Shown piece by piece: positions 9,651 to 17,268 of a DNA stretch of 64,000 nucleotides. Below the pieces are notes generated by a model. The model had not been told where the DNA came from and did not search any database. It saw nothing but the letters and a program-made list of their open reading frames with translations. The stretch covers positions 10,143 to 74,142 of IMG/VR virus record IMGVR_UViG_3300030106_006480; one strand, given 5' to 3'. Position 1 is the first letter of the stretch. Each line of letters opens with the position of its first letter. The position numbers were made by a program, and so were the translations under genes. This DNA is from a virus.

Positions 9651-10769
9651 ATCTTCACCAGTCTTTTGATCTCGTGTAGAAAGCACAGGTGCAAGCATCT
9701 TGTCCGAAATAGAAGCTTCTAATAGTTTGTTAGAAGTTTCTTTCAACATGGGAGGCATGACACCTAAAGGTGTGATTTGTACACCATCAGCAATGTTAAT
9801 AAAACCATTGCCATCTGTGTAACGGCTCATCATTCCAATTGCATATTCATCATGACGTTCCTCTTGAGTACGCTTCATAAGGTTGTCAGGAATGATATGA
9901 CTGTTTAGAGAAAGTTGAGCGGCTTCTTGTCCTTGTTCATAAACAGGACGTTCATAATCAAAAGCAGTAACAGCTGTTGACTGATTACTACCTTGACCAA
10001 CATCTTTCAATTCAAGATAAGGCTGGAAAATATATTGTGCAAAAGCATCGTAATTAGCAGGACGCTTTGGTGTTTTGGTAGCAGTTGCAAGAGCAGATGC
10101 CATATTATCTCGAAACTCTTTAAGTTGATCCCGGAAAGAAGCACCAACAGCACCTTTGATGCTAAGAATTAAAGGCATATCATGGCAACGTTGCCCATAA
10201 CCACTCATGAAATAAACGTAATACCAAGTACGAATTGTATGATCTTTCTTGTTTTCACTATATAAATCCCAAAGCATATTTATTTTTCCAGGGTCATCTA
10301 AATTGTCTGCTGGATTAAATGAACCGATAATAACTGATTTATTTGCCCCTGTCTTTTCATCAACAACATTCTTTTCAAGTAAACCAGCAGTTTCAAAAAC
10401 AATTTGAAAACGTGGTTTGTTAAAAAGGATGCCAGGAGTTGGTTCATTATTGCCACCAAACTTTTGATTGTAAGGTTGAGCAAATGAATCTGGTTCAAGA
10501 TCAGAGGCAGAAGCTTTCCAACCACACTTGATCAGATCTTCTTGCTTGATAAACAAACCACCCATATCACGGGAATGATTGCGATCATTTGGTTTATTAA
10601 TCGCAACAATTTGTCCTGGTGCAGGAGCTGCTCCTATAAATTCTGGTTGTGTGAGATGTAGAAAGGAATCAAGTGAACGTTGTTCTGGAGCTTTTTGAAT
10701 AGCAAGAGAAGATGTTTCAGGAAACAGACTAAGCGTGTTGGACTTGTCTGTTGCTTTTGCAAGTTTCAT
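9639..10769 (-). CDS. DUF5895-like protein (possible ssDNA-annealing/recombination factor)
   Basis: GGLFIKQEDL..CGW, GILFNKPR and HDMPLILSIKGAVGASF motifs; directly downstream of ssb. Confidence 0.55.
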   Translation of the reverse strand: MKLAKATDKSNTLSLFPETSSLAIQKAPEQRSLDSFLHLTQPEFIGAAPAPGQIVAINKPNDRNHSRDMGGLFIKQEDLIKCGWKASASDLEPDSFAQPYNQKFGGNNEPTPGILFNKPRFQIVFETAGLLEKNVVDEKTGANKSVIIGSFNPADNLDDPGKINMLWDLYSENKKDHTIRTWYYVYFMSGYGQRCHDMPLILSIKGAVGASFRDQLKEFRDNMASALATATKTPKRPANYDAFAQYIFQPYLELKDVGQGSNQSTAVTAFDYERPVYEQGQEAAQLSLNSHIIPDNLMKRTQEERHDEYAIGMMSRYTDGNGFINIADGVQITPLGVMPPMLKETSNKLLEASISDKMLAPVLSTRDQKTGEDSAL

Positions 10770-10793
10770 GGTGTCCGTCGGACTAGGGTTGAA

Positions 10794-10821
10794 TAGGCAG
10801 TTTTACGTCATACCCAGGACG
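10794..10821 (-). ncRNA. Family A pseudoknot element, copy 1
   Basis: minus: CGTC-CTGGGTAT-GACG-TAAAAC-TGCCTA. Confidence 0.7.
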
Positions 10822-10851
10822 ATCCCGTCAGAAGAGATAAATGCAGTCTAC

Positions 10852-11673
10852 TTAGAAGGGAGCTGGAGCACCATCTTCCATAACAGATCCTGATGGATCA
10901 GGTAGATCAGGAAGACCAGTTAAGTTAGAACCATAAGGTTCTGCTTGTGGTTTAGATTCTTGTTCCATATCAGCCCATAGCGAGCCTGGCTTCATTCCTT
11001 CAGACATAACTGTCTTTGTTTCAGGAGCTTTGTTTTGCCCATCTCTATCTGCTGGGGGCAAAGTCATCTTATCAACTTGAATTTTGACACGACTTTGCCA
11101 GTTACCTTGTTTATCTTTCCAACTGTCACATACCAGTTTGCCACTAATAGTAATTCCTTTCCCCTTCTTTGTTAGCTTGCACATCCAGTCTGCAAGTTTA
11201 TATCGATCATCTGGATTACTAATTGCATAGACATTAAATAAATCACTTTGTCCTTTACCTGTTGTAACTGCAATAGTTTGATTACAAATTATCAAACCAG
11301 TCGAGGTAATTTTAAATTGACGTTCATCAGAATCATCAACTGTTTTAATTGTGGTTCCAGAAAGAATAACTTGATTGTATGGCCTGAAAGCTTGTTTCAG
11401 AATAGTAGGAAATCCTCCATGAATAGAATGTAGTTTTGATTGAAGATCATGGCGGAGGTTAGCTCCTTGAATATGAATTGGATCATTAACTTGAACAGTG
11501 TCATGCAACTCTTTACCAGTTGCTCCATAGCACCAGTATTCCAAATCAAGATCTGATTTAGAAGGACCGGACTTTGGAATCAAAATAGGAAAGACATAAG
11601 CCTTGGATGTGTTGCTTGTATAAACCTCACGAGGTTTTTCAAGCACTTGGGCACAAACGGTAAGTACGTTCAT
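10852..11673 (-). CDS. ssb: Single-stranded DNA-binding protein (tandem OB folds)
   Basis: NQVILSG, KKGKGITISGKL..DSWKDKQG; acidic C-terminus ending APF. Confidence 0.8.
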   Translation of the reverse strand: MNVLTVCAQVLEKPREVYTSNTSKAYVFPILIPKSGPSKSDLDLEYWCYGATGKELHDTVQVNDPIHIQGANLRHDLQSKLHSIHGGFPTILKQAFRPYNQVILSGTTIKTVDDSDERQFKITSTGLIICNQTIAVTTGKGQSDLFNVYAISNPDDRYKLADWMCKLTKKGKGITISGKLVCDSWKDKQGNWQSRVKIQVDKMTLPPADRDGQNKAPETKTVMSEGMKPGSLWADMEQESKPQAEPYGSNLTGLPDLPDPSGSVMEDGAPAPF

Positions 11674-11694
11674 GATAGTTAGGTGTGTTGTGAT

Positions 11695-11724
11695 TGAAGC
11701 AGTTTAAGGTCATACTTCAGGACC
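11695..11724 (-). ncRNA. Family A pseudoknot element, copy 2 (5' leader of ssb)
   Basis: minus: GGTC-CTGAAGTAT-GACC-TTAAAC-TGCTTCA. Confidence 0.75.
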
Positions 11725-11729
11725 GTCAA

Positions 11730-13541
11730 TCAATGAACATCAAACCAAGTTTTACCAACTTTGGCATCACCTTCAATTGGACAAAGGAAGTTAAAATGTT
11801 CACCTGATTGAATAAAAGCTTTAAGAATATTTTCTTTTACAATTTCAATGTTTTGTTTAGGACAAGAAAGTTCTATTTCATCATGGATCATTGCATGTTG
11901 ATGATAATCAATACCGTAAACAAGACCAGCTTCTATTAAATTGTTATGAGTATTGATAACAACTTGCTTCATTAAAACAGCACCAGCAGCTTGGAGTAAT
12001 ACGTTTAGTGCTTTGAAATCAGAACGACAAAACAATGGACGTTTATCTAAACCAATTAAAAAGCCACGAGCCTGTAATGTTTTGGCAAGTGTATCTTTCA
12101 ATGCTTTAATAGCAGGAATACCAGTCATAAAAGAATCAATTGCATTTTTACCAAGTTGTTTTAACTTGTTTATATCTTTCTCATTTGGATCAACAATAGT
12201 ACCTGCCTTAGCTGATCCACAACCATAAAGAACTGCATAAAGCAAACGCTTACTAATATCTCTAGTTTTTACACCAAACTTTTCTTGGTTATAAATATGA
12301 ATGTCAGTGTCATCATCAATAACTAACTTGCTGTATTCACCTTCATCCCAATACGCAAGATACCCAGCCAAACATCTAAGTTCGAGAGCTTTTGCATCGC
12401 TGCCAATAAGGAACCAGTCGTCAGGAGCATGGAAAAGAGAACGACATTCTTTCCCATAAGGACTATAAGCTGCCGGAGTTTGGGCAGTGTTCGGATTACG
12501 ATGTGAGCAACGGCCAGTAATACAACCATTAGTAATAACGTCCCCATGTATATAACCATCAGGAGAGACAAGCTTGAGCCAAGCGTTGGTACCACTTTGA
12601 ATTTGGCCTAAACGTTTTTTAATTAACATGTATTCTGCCAAAGGCTGAGCTTCTGGATATGGAAGATTTTCTAAAACATCGTCATTCAAGATTGGATTAC
12701 CTTTCTCAGTTAGTTTCTCAGGAGTCCAATTATATTTATCTTTAAATCTTTGAATAATATGAGCACGAGAGTTTGGATTAAAAACTGTAACAGAATCTTT
12801 TAAACGTTTACCTGTACGTTCTGACCAACGTTCTTCAACAATTGGAGGAAAGATTTCTTTTAATTTATCTTCGATTTGCTTGCTGCGTACTGATAATTTA
12901 TCCACAAGAGACAAAGCTGCATCAGTATCAAAAGGAAAACCTGATCGAATTTGTCTCTCAATACATGTAGCAAATTCATGTTCAAGCGCAAGCGATTCCG
13001 AGTGGATAGATTGTTGTTGAATAAGTTGTAATAATTTTGTCGTAACGTTGACATCTTGAATGCAATAGGCAAGCATTTCTTCTGAAAATTCAGAGAAATC
13101 TTGGAAGTCAATCTTCTTATCTGAGAGTCTATAGCCCCATGCTTTGAGGCTAGCTGAACCTCTAAGTTTATTTGGGAGACGGTAGTATATCTCACTGTCC
13201 AGTTCTTCAAGTTTTTCTTTGGGCCAAATGAGTCTGGTGCAGATGAGTGTGTCAATGATTTGTAAAGCAGGGGAATTAAATAATTCAAAGCCAGGCCAAA
13301 GTTTCTTTAGCACTGGAATGTCATAAAACAAAATGTTATGTCCAATCAAACAATCAGCGGCAGCCAAATGATCAAGAGCATCAGTAATGCGATCAGGCCC
13401 ATAGCTAAAAGTTTGTTTTCTATTGAAGTCATATATGACGATACAGAAAATTTCTGTAACTTCATCATATAATCCATTTGATTCAATATCAAATACGAAC
13501 CAGTTTTCATGTTTGGTACCGGGCTTCAGGTTGAACATCAA
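11730..13541 (-). CDS. polA: Family A DNA polymerase (T7-like, with 3'-5' exonuclease)
   Basis: Exo motifs FDIESNG, GHNILFYD, YCIQDV; motif A DAKALELR; motif B RDISKRLLYAVLYG; motif C IHDE. Confidence 0.97.
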   Translation of the reverse strand: MMFNLKPGTKHENWFVFDIESNGLYDEVTEIFCIVIYDFNRKQTFSYGPDRITDALDHLAAADCLIGHNILFYDIPVLKKLWPGFELFNSPALQIIDTLICTRLIWPKEKLEELDSEIYYRLPNKLRGSASLKAWGYRLSDKKIDFQDFSEFSEEMLAYCIQDVNVTTKLLQLIQQQSIHSESLALEHEFATCIERQIRSGFPFDTDAALSLVDKLSVRSKQIEDKLKEIFPPIVEERWSERTGKRLKDSVTVFNPNSRAHIIQRFKDKYNWTPEKLTEKGNPILNDDVLENLPYPEAQPLAEYMLIKKRLGQIQSGTNAWLKLVSPDGYIHGDVITNGCITGRCSHRNPNTAQTPAAYSPYGKECRSLFHAPDDWFLIGSDAKALELRCLAGYLAYWDEGEYSKLVIDDDTDIHIYNQEKFGVKTRDISKRLLYAVLYGCGSAKAGTIVDPNEKDINKLKQLGKNAIDSFMTGIPAIKALKDTLAKTLQARGFLIGLDKRPLFCRSDFKALNVLLQAAGAVLMKQVVINTHNNLIEAGLVYGIDYHQHAMIHDEIELSCPKQNIEIVKENILKAFIQSGEHFNFLCPIEGDAKVGKTWFDVH

Positions 13542-13737
13542 GATTAGTTCCAGGGAAAATGTTATTTTTATTGATCCAGTTTAGAACTTCCATTGCCTCT
13601 GTTTTTGTAGGAAAACAAAGAGCATGTTTAAGATCTGCGCGAGACTTGATATCAAAAAGAAGAAAACAATTTTCTTTTTTGTTAGCGCCAATACACTTAA
13701 TCTTGTCCGGGTCTTGGAAAGAAATTACATAAGACAT
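13507..13737 (-). CDS. Hypothetical protein
   Basis: ORF overlapping the polA start. Confidence 0.55.
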   Translation of the reverse strand: MSYVISFQDPDKIKCIGANKKENCFLLFDIKSRADLKHALCFPTKTEAMEVLNWINKNNIFPGTNLDVQPEARYQT

Positions 13738-13785
13738 TTGAAATAATTAAGGGACGAAATAAGATTATCTCGTCCCAGAAAAAAG

Positions 13786-14547
13786 TCAAGCTTTTTGTCT
13801 ATGCATTTTGTTGTATCCATTGATTCCATTTTTCTTGAGGACAGAAACAGCTTTGCTTGCTGAACTGCCTGCACGCTGAACACCATGAATCAATAAAGCA
13901 AAGGGTTTATCACCAAAACAATGGGAATCATCATGATCTATTTCTAGACCAAGTTGATCTGCTTCTTCTTGTGAATAAACTACTTGAGCAGTGCGCTTGA
14001 AAACATCTGGATTTTCTGTAACCAAATGATCTAACTCACCACCAAGAGAAGCAGTAAGATAAAGATTAGAAGGCAAGTGATCCTTATAATGAAGCCAATA
14101 ATTAAGCGACTTTGTATAGGCATAGAATTTAATTTCGGGAAAGACACCAGCAGTTAGAATCCATGAACGAAAGTAAGCATCGCTAAACATATCACCTGCT
14201 TCATGGATCCGAAACAATTCGTAATTACGATGAGACTGTCTGATTGAATCCATGACAAGCATAGAAATTAGCAGAGCATCTTCACCGCATTGTTTTGTAA
14301 TAGCTTCGTAGTTATGCCAACGCAATTGACGGCATTGTGGAGACCGAGCTTCAGACATTGCAGCAAAACAACGGTAATCAATTTGATCACCTTTTGGTTT
14401 GTCTAAAATCTTACCTGTCTCACGATTAGCAAAAGTGCGACAGACACCAGCTCTTGGACAAGAATAGCCAGCTGGAATGGAAAAGATGAAACGATCATCT
14501 AGCTTTCCGTTGGAATAGGAAAACTTGAGAAGCTTTGTGAATTGCAT
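13786..14547 (-). CDS. Phage Gp88-like (Fe-S/radical-SAM-like) protein
   Basis: FSIPAGYSCP..GVC...CFA, RIHEAGD, FYAYTK, PSNL motifs. Confidence 0.7.
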   Translation of the reverse strand: MQFTKLLKFSYSNGKLDDRFIFSIPAGYSCPRAGVCRTFANRETGKILDKPKGDQIDYRCFAAMSEARSPQCRQLRWHNYEAITKQCGEDALLISMLVMDSIRQSHRNYELFRIHEAGDMFSDAYFRSWILTAGVFPEIKFYAYTKSLNYWLHYKDHLPSNLYLTASLGGELDHLVTENPDVFKRTAQVVYSQEEADQLGLEIDHDDSHCFGDKPFALLIHGVQRAGSSASKAVSVLKKNGINGYNKMHRQKA

Positions 14548-14571
14548 AGTGAAATGTAATAAAGTGAAATA

Positions 14572-14598
14572 CTGGGGCTTACACCAAAGGATGCCCAG
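14572..14598 (-). ncRNA. Family B hairpin element, copy 1
   Basis: minus: CTGGG-CAT-CCTTTGG-TGTAAGC-CCCAG. Confidence 0.65.
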
Positions 14599-14603
14599 GA
14601 ATT

Positions 14604-15002
14604 TTAAAGCTGGTGCTTTTCAAATTCAATATGGTTCAAGACTTGTTTTGCTTTCCAGACAGCAGCCTCACCAATAAAGAATTCAACGTTACAACCAAGA
14701 GCTTTAGATGCTGTTTTAATATCTTTCATTTGTTCGCCAGAAAACTTAAGTGTTTTTTGATGATTAAAAGTTGCTGATCTATCTGTAATAAAAGATCTAT
14801 TTTCTTCAATCCATTTATCTACTTCTTGTTTGTTATAGAAATGTTCTCTACGTGAACTAATTTCTAAATCAGGAGTTGGAAACGTATTATTTTTTACTTT
14901 CTTATATAGAGTGTAACGAGACATAAGAGTCTTACTTAAGACTTCTTTTGCTGAATAGCATTTGCTACGGCGTTCACGAAAAAGCTGAGCTTTAGATGGC
15001 AT
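14604..15002 (-). CDS. AlpA-like HTH regulator with C-terminal extension
   Basis: KEVLSKTLMSRYTLYKKVKNNTFP...EVDKWIE; start moved to MPSKAQ at 15002. Confidence 0.65.
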   Translation of the reverse strand: MPSKAQLFRERRSKCYSAKEVLSKTLMSRYTLYKKVKNNTFPTPDLEISSRREHFYNKQEVDKWIEENRSFITDRSATFNHQKTLKFSGEQMKDIKTASKALGCNVEFFIGEAAVWKAKQVLNHIEFEKHQL

Positions 15003-15040
15003 AGTTGATGAAAAGGAGAATGACTTGTAGAATAAAGGAA

Positions 15041-15092
15041 CGTTCACCTCAATGCGAGGCGCAATTCATCCGGCCAGGGAACGGGGACCGGA
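15041..15092 (+). promoter_or_regulatory. Glutamine riboswitch class II (Downstream-peptide motif)
   Basis: CGTTCA-CCTC.AATGC.GAGG-CGCA...TCCGG...GGAACGGGGA-CCGGA; P1 CGTTC/GAACG; pseudoknot TCCGG/CCGGA; TAGAAT -10 box at 15028-15033; YRG peptide downstream. Confidence 0.85.
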
Positions 15093-15110
15093 GTATTAGC
15101 GGAGGACACC

Positions 15111-15260
15111 ATGTCTAACGAGACACTCACTTATCGTGGCGTTAAGTATAAGCGCGGCGATATCATGACAACTTGGATGATGAACGAAAAACTGAAGCGT
15201 CAGCGTGAAGAGTTTGAAGCAAAGCTCGATCGTTTACGCCAAAAAGGAGAGATTGTTTAA
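15111..15260 (+). CDS. DUF4278-like YRG peptide (49 aa, absent from ORF track)
   Basis: MSNETLTYRGVKYKRG...; GGAGGA Shine-Dalgarno at 15101-15106. Confidence 0.85.
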   Translation: MSNETLTYRGVKYKRGDIMTTWMMNEKLKRQREEFEAKLDRLRQKGEIV

Positions 15261-15484
15261 GCCCAAGGCCAACCTAGTTCAACGTCTGCTTGCCAGATAT
15301 CTGGATCAATAGGACGCTGCTTTACATACAAATTAAATAGGCGTTGCATTTCTTCTAATGTGACGCCTACTTTTTTTGCTATAACAGCTATGTTGGTCTG
15401 GCCTTTGTAGACAAGATCAAGAGCATCTTCAAGCGATATGTTTCCATGTTTTCCGTTTGACAATGTCATGAATACAGCCTTCAC
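15257..15484 (-). CDS. Small HTH-like protein
   Basis: IAVIAKKVGVTLEEMQRLF. Confidence 0.5.
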   Translation of the reverse strand: MKAVFMTLSNGKHGNISLEDALDLVYKGQTNIAVIAKKVGVTLEEMQRLFNLYVKQRPIDPDIWQADVELGWPWA

Positions 15485-15791
15485 TTACACCATATATTTT
15501 ACTCAATTCTCTTTGAGCTTTTCCCTCTGCCCATTCACGTCTTATTTGAATTACATTTGAATCAAACAAGATTGCATTAGGATGCTTTTCACCTGTATTA
15601 AAACCTCCATGTTTTCGTTTAGGCGGAGGATTCCAGTGAACACCAGCATCATCTAATACTTCAGTGCTTCGCCAATGATGATTACATTTTAGACAACGAT
15701 AGTAACGTCTAGTCACATAGTCTCCTTGATGAGTGGACATAACTTTTGTCCCTGTTTTTGATTGTGCATAACATTTAGGACAATTCATCAA
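15429..15791 (-). CDS. NrdR-type Zn-ribbon plus HTH protein
   Basis: CPKC...RRYYRCLKCNHHWRSTE; GEKHPNAIL...LSKIYGVSEGCIHDIVKRKTWKH. Confidence 0.65.
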   Translation of the reverse strand: MMNCPKCYAQSKTGTKVMSTHQGDYVTRRYYRCLKCNHHWRSTEVLDDAGVHWNPPPKRKHGGFNTGEKHPNAILFDSNVIQIRREWAEGKAQRELSKIYGVSEGCIHDIVKRKTWKHIA

Positions 15792-16495
15792 TCTTTACTC
15801 CACATAGTTTCAGAAATAATTGGAAACTGTTCTTTAAAAATTGTTTTACATTGTTCTGCAATTTCTTTATGCTCTAGTTGCGTACCATTTCCTGTACGCA
15901 AGTCAATGTAATGCATCCAAGATTTTAAAGGGCCTGTCATATACATACGAGTAGGACAAGCAAGAGGCAGGATAGACCTGGCACATTCTTTGGCAACACC
16001 ATCGCTAACCATCTCTTGATAGAGATGTTCAGCATCTTCAAACAAAATACTAATGCGTCTGTAGTAATCAGTAAGTTTGCCTTTACCCAATCGACTTGGC
16101 AAATCATCAATTGAATTCTGACGATTTTTAAGATCTTGTCCTCTCAAGTGAGGAATAATTGGCTTACCCATCTCACCAGTATTTGCATAGCGTTGAGAGA
16201 ATTCTTGGAACGAGAATGTCCAGTGCCTTAGTATCTGAGGGCTGATGGCCCTGGTGGTATTGATCTCAAGGCACATAGATGCCATTTCAAAAGGAGACCA
16301 ATGCTTTTGTTTAATTAAATAACGGAGAAGCTTTGGAGCAGTCTCCATGTTGTCTTGATTCTTGGGAGCAGAAACGCGTGCCATATGGACAATCATTTCT
16401 TCAGCATTTGGAGTAGTCCAAATGAGTTTGACAGAAGGATTTTGAAAAGGCATTGATTGTTTATTTAGTTTGGATTGGGGCAAGCCGATGACCAA
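15788..16495 (-). CDS. thyX: FAD-dependent thymidylate synthase
   Basis: HWSPFE, QILRHWTFSFQEFSQRY, AKECARSILP, TQLEH; likely start MPFQN at 16453. Confidence 0.95.
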   Translation of the reverse strand: MVIGLPQSKLNKQSMPFQNPSVKLIWTTPNAEEMIVHMARVSAPKNQDNMETAPKLLRYLIKQKHWSPFEMASMCLEINTTRAISPQILRHWTFSFQEFSQRYANTGEMGKPIIPHLRGQDLKNRQNSIDDLPSRLGKGKLTDYYRRISILFEDAEHLYQEMVSDGVAKECARSILPLACPTRMYMTGPLKSWMHYIDLRTGNGTQLEHKEIAEQCKTIFKEQFPIISETMWSKD

Positions 16496-16742
16496 GATAA
16501 TCTTCTGTGCGTGAGGTGTAGTCCCATTGAACTACATAATGACAAAAGACTGCACCAGCACGGTTCTTTTTTTCTATAATGTTTTTAACCGTACCAACAC
16601 GGTCAAGTATTTTGTCTTTACCGTGATACACATTTCGATGTGTGACACGATCACCAATGGAAAATGCTTGAGATTTGCGTAGAGACATGATGAATAAAAA
16701 AATCCTCAGCCAGCGCAAACCAACTGAGGATGAATCGTCCAA
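16461..16742 (-). CDS. Small SH3-like hypothetical protein
   Basis: FSIGDRV...GTV...YVVQWD; likely start MSLRK. Confidence 0.5.
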   Translation of the reverse strand: MDDSSSVGLRWLRIFLFIMSLRKSQAFSIGDRVTHRNVYHGKDKILDRVGTVKNIIEKKNRAGAVFCHYVVQWDYTSRTEDYLGHRLAPIQTK

Positions 16743-16754
16743 GTAGATATTAGA

Positions 16755-17108
16755 TCAAGAAGCTGCGATGTCAATTGCAGAGAGATCAACTCCTGCTTTT
16801 TCCATCTTGCTTAACATTTCAACCATGATGTTTGCATTCTCCTGGGTCTTAGCCATGAAAGCTTTAGAACGTTCAGCACTCATTGTGTGAACAGTCCCAT
16901 TGGCTTCCTTGTATGCCCAGGAGCCATCAGGTTGCATCTCCCCTTGGGTAATAGCCATACGCTCGCTGTTGCGGGTATAGCGAACCTGTAGGTTACGAAC
17001 ATCTGTTAAACCATCTTGATCAACCCAGGTAAGACCAAGGTTGTAAAGATTGTTGTCATCCATATAGCCATGAGGCTGAGGGATGAGGTGCTTGATTGCT
17101 CCAAACAT
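16755..17108 (-). CDS. Hypothetical protein
   Basis: Start moved to MFGAIK because the longer ORF overlaps the tRNA. Confidence 0.65.
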   Translation of the reverse strand: MFGAIKHLIPQPHGYMDDNNLYNLGLTWVDQDGLTDVRNLQVRYTRNSERMAITQGEMQPDGSWAYKEANGTVHTMSAERSKAFMAKTQENANIMVEMLSKMEKAGVDLSAIDIAAS

Positions 17109-17132
17109 GATGAAATGAAATGTGATTAGGTT

Positions 17133-17221
17133 TGGTGAGAGTGGTGGGACTTGAACCCACATAGCCATTACTGACCGACAGATTTTAAGTCTGTTGCGTC
17201 TACCAATTCCGCCACACTCTC
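17133..17221 (-). tRNA. tRNA-Leu(TAA), CCA encoded
   Basis: GAGAGTG/CACTCTC acceptor stem, GGAATTGGTAGAC D-arm, ACAGA-CTTAAAA-TCTGT anticodon arm, long variable arm, GGGTTCAAGTCCC T-arm, ACCA end. Confidence 0.95.
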
Positions 17222-17225
17222 GTTG

Positions 17226-17262
17226 CTAGGACTTACACCGTGTCAAGGGACCGGATGCCTAG
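17226..17262 (-). ncRNA. Family B hairpin element, copy 2 (4 nt upstream of the tRNA)
   Basis: minus: CTAGG-CAT-CCGGTCCCTTGACACGG-TGTAAGT-CCTAG. Confidence 0.7.
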
Positions 17263-17268
17263 TCGTAT

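Noticed and set aside
17109-17168. N-terminal extension of ORF 16755..17168
   Set aside because: It overlaps the tRNA; the ATG at 17108 has the typical early leader
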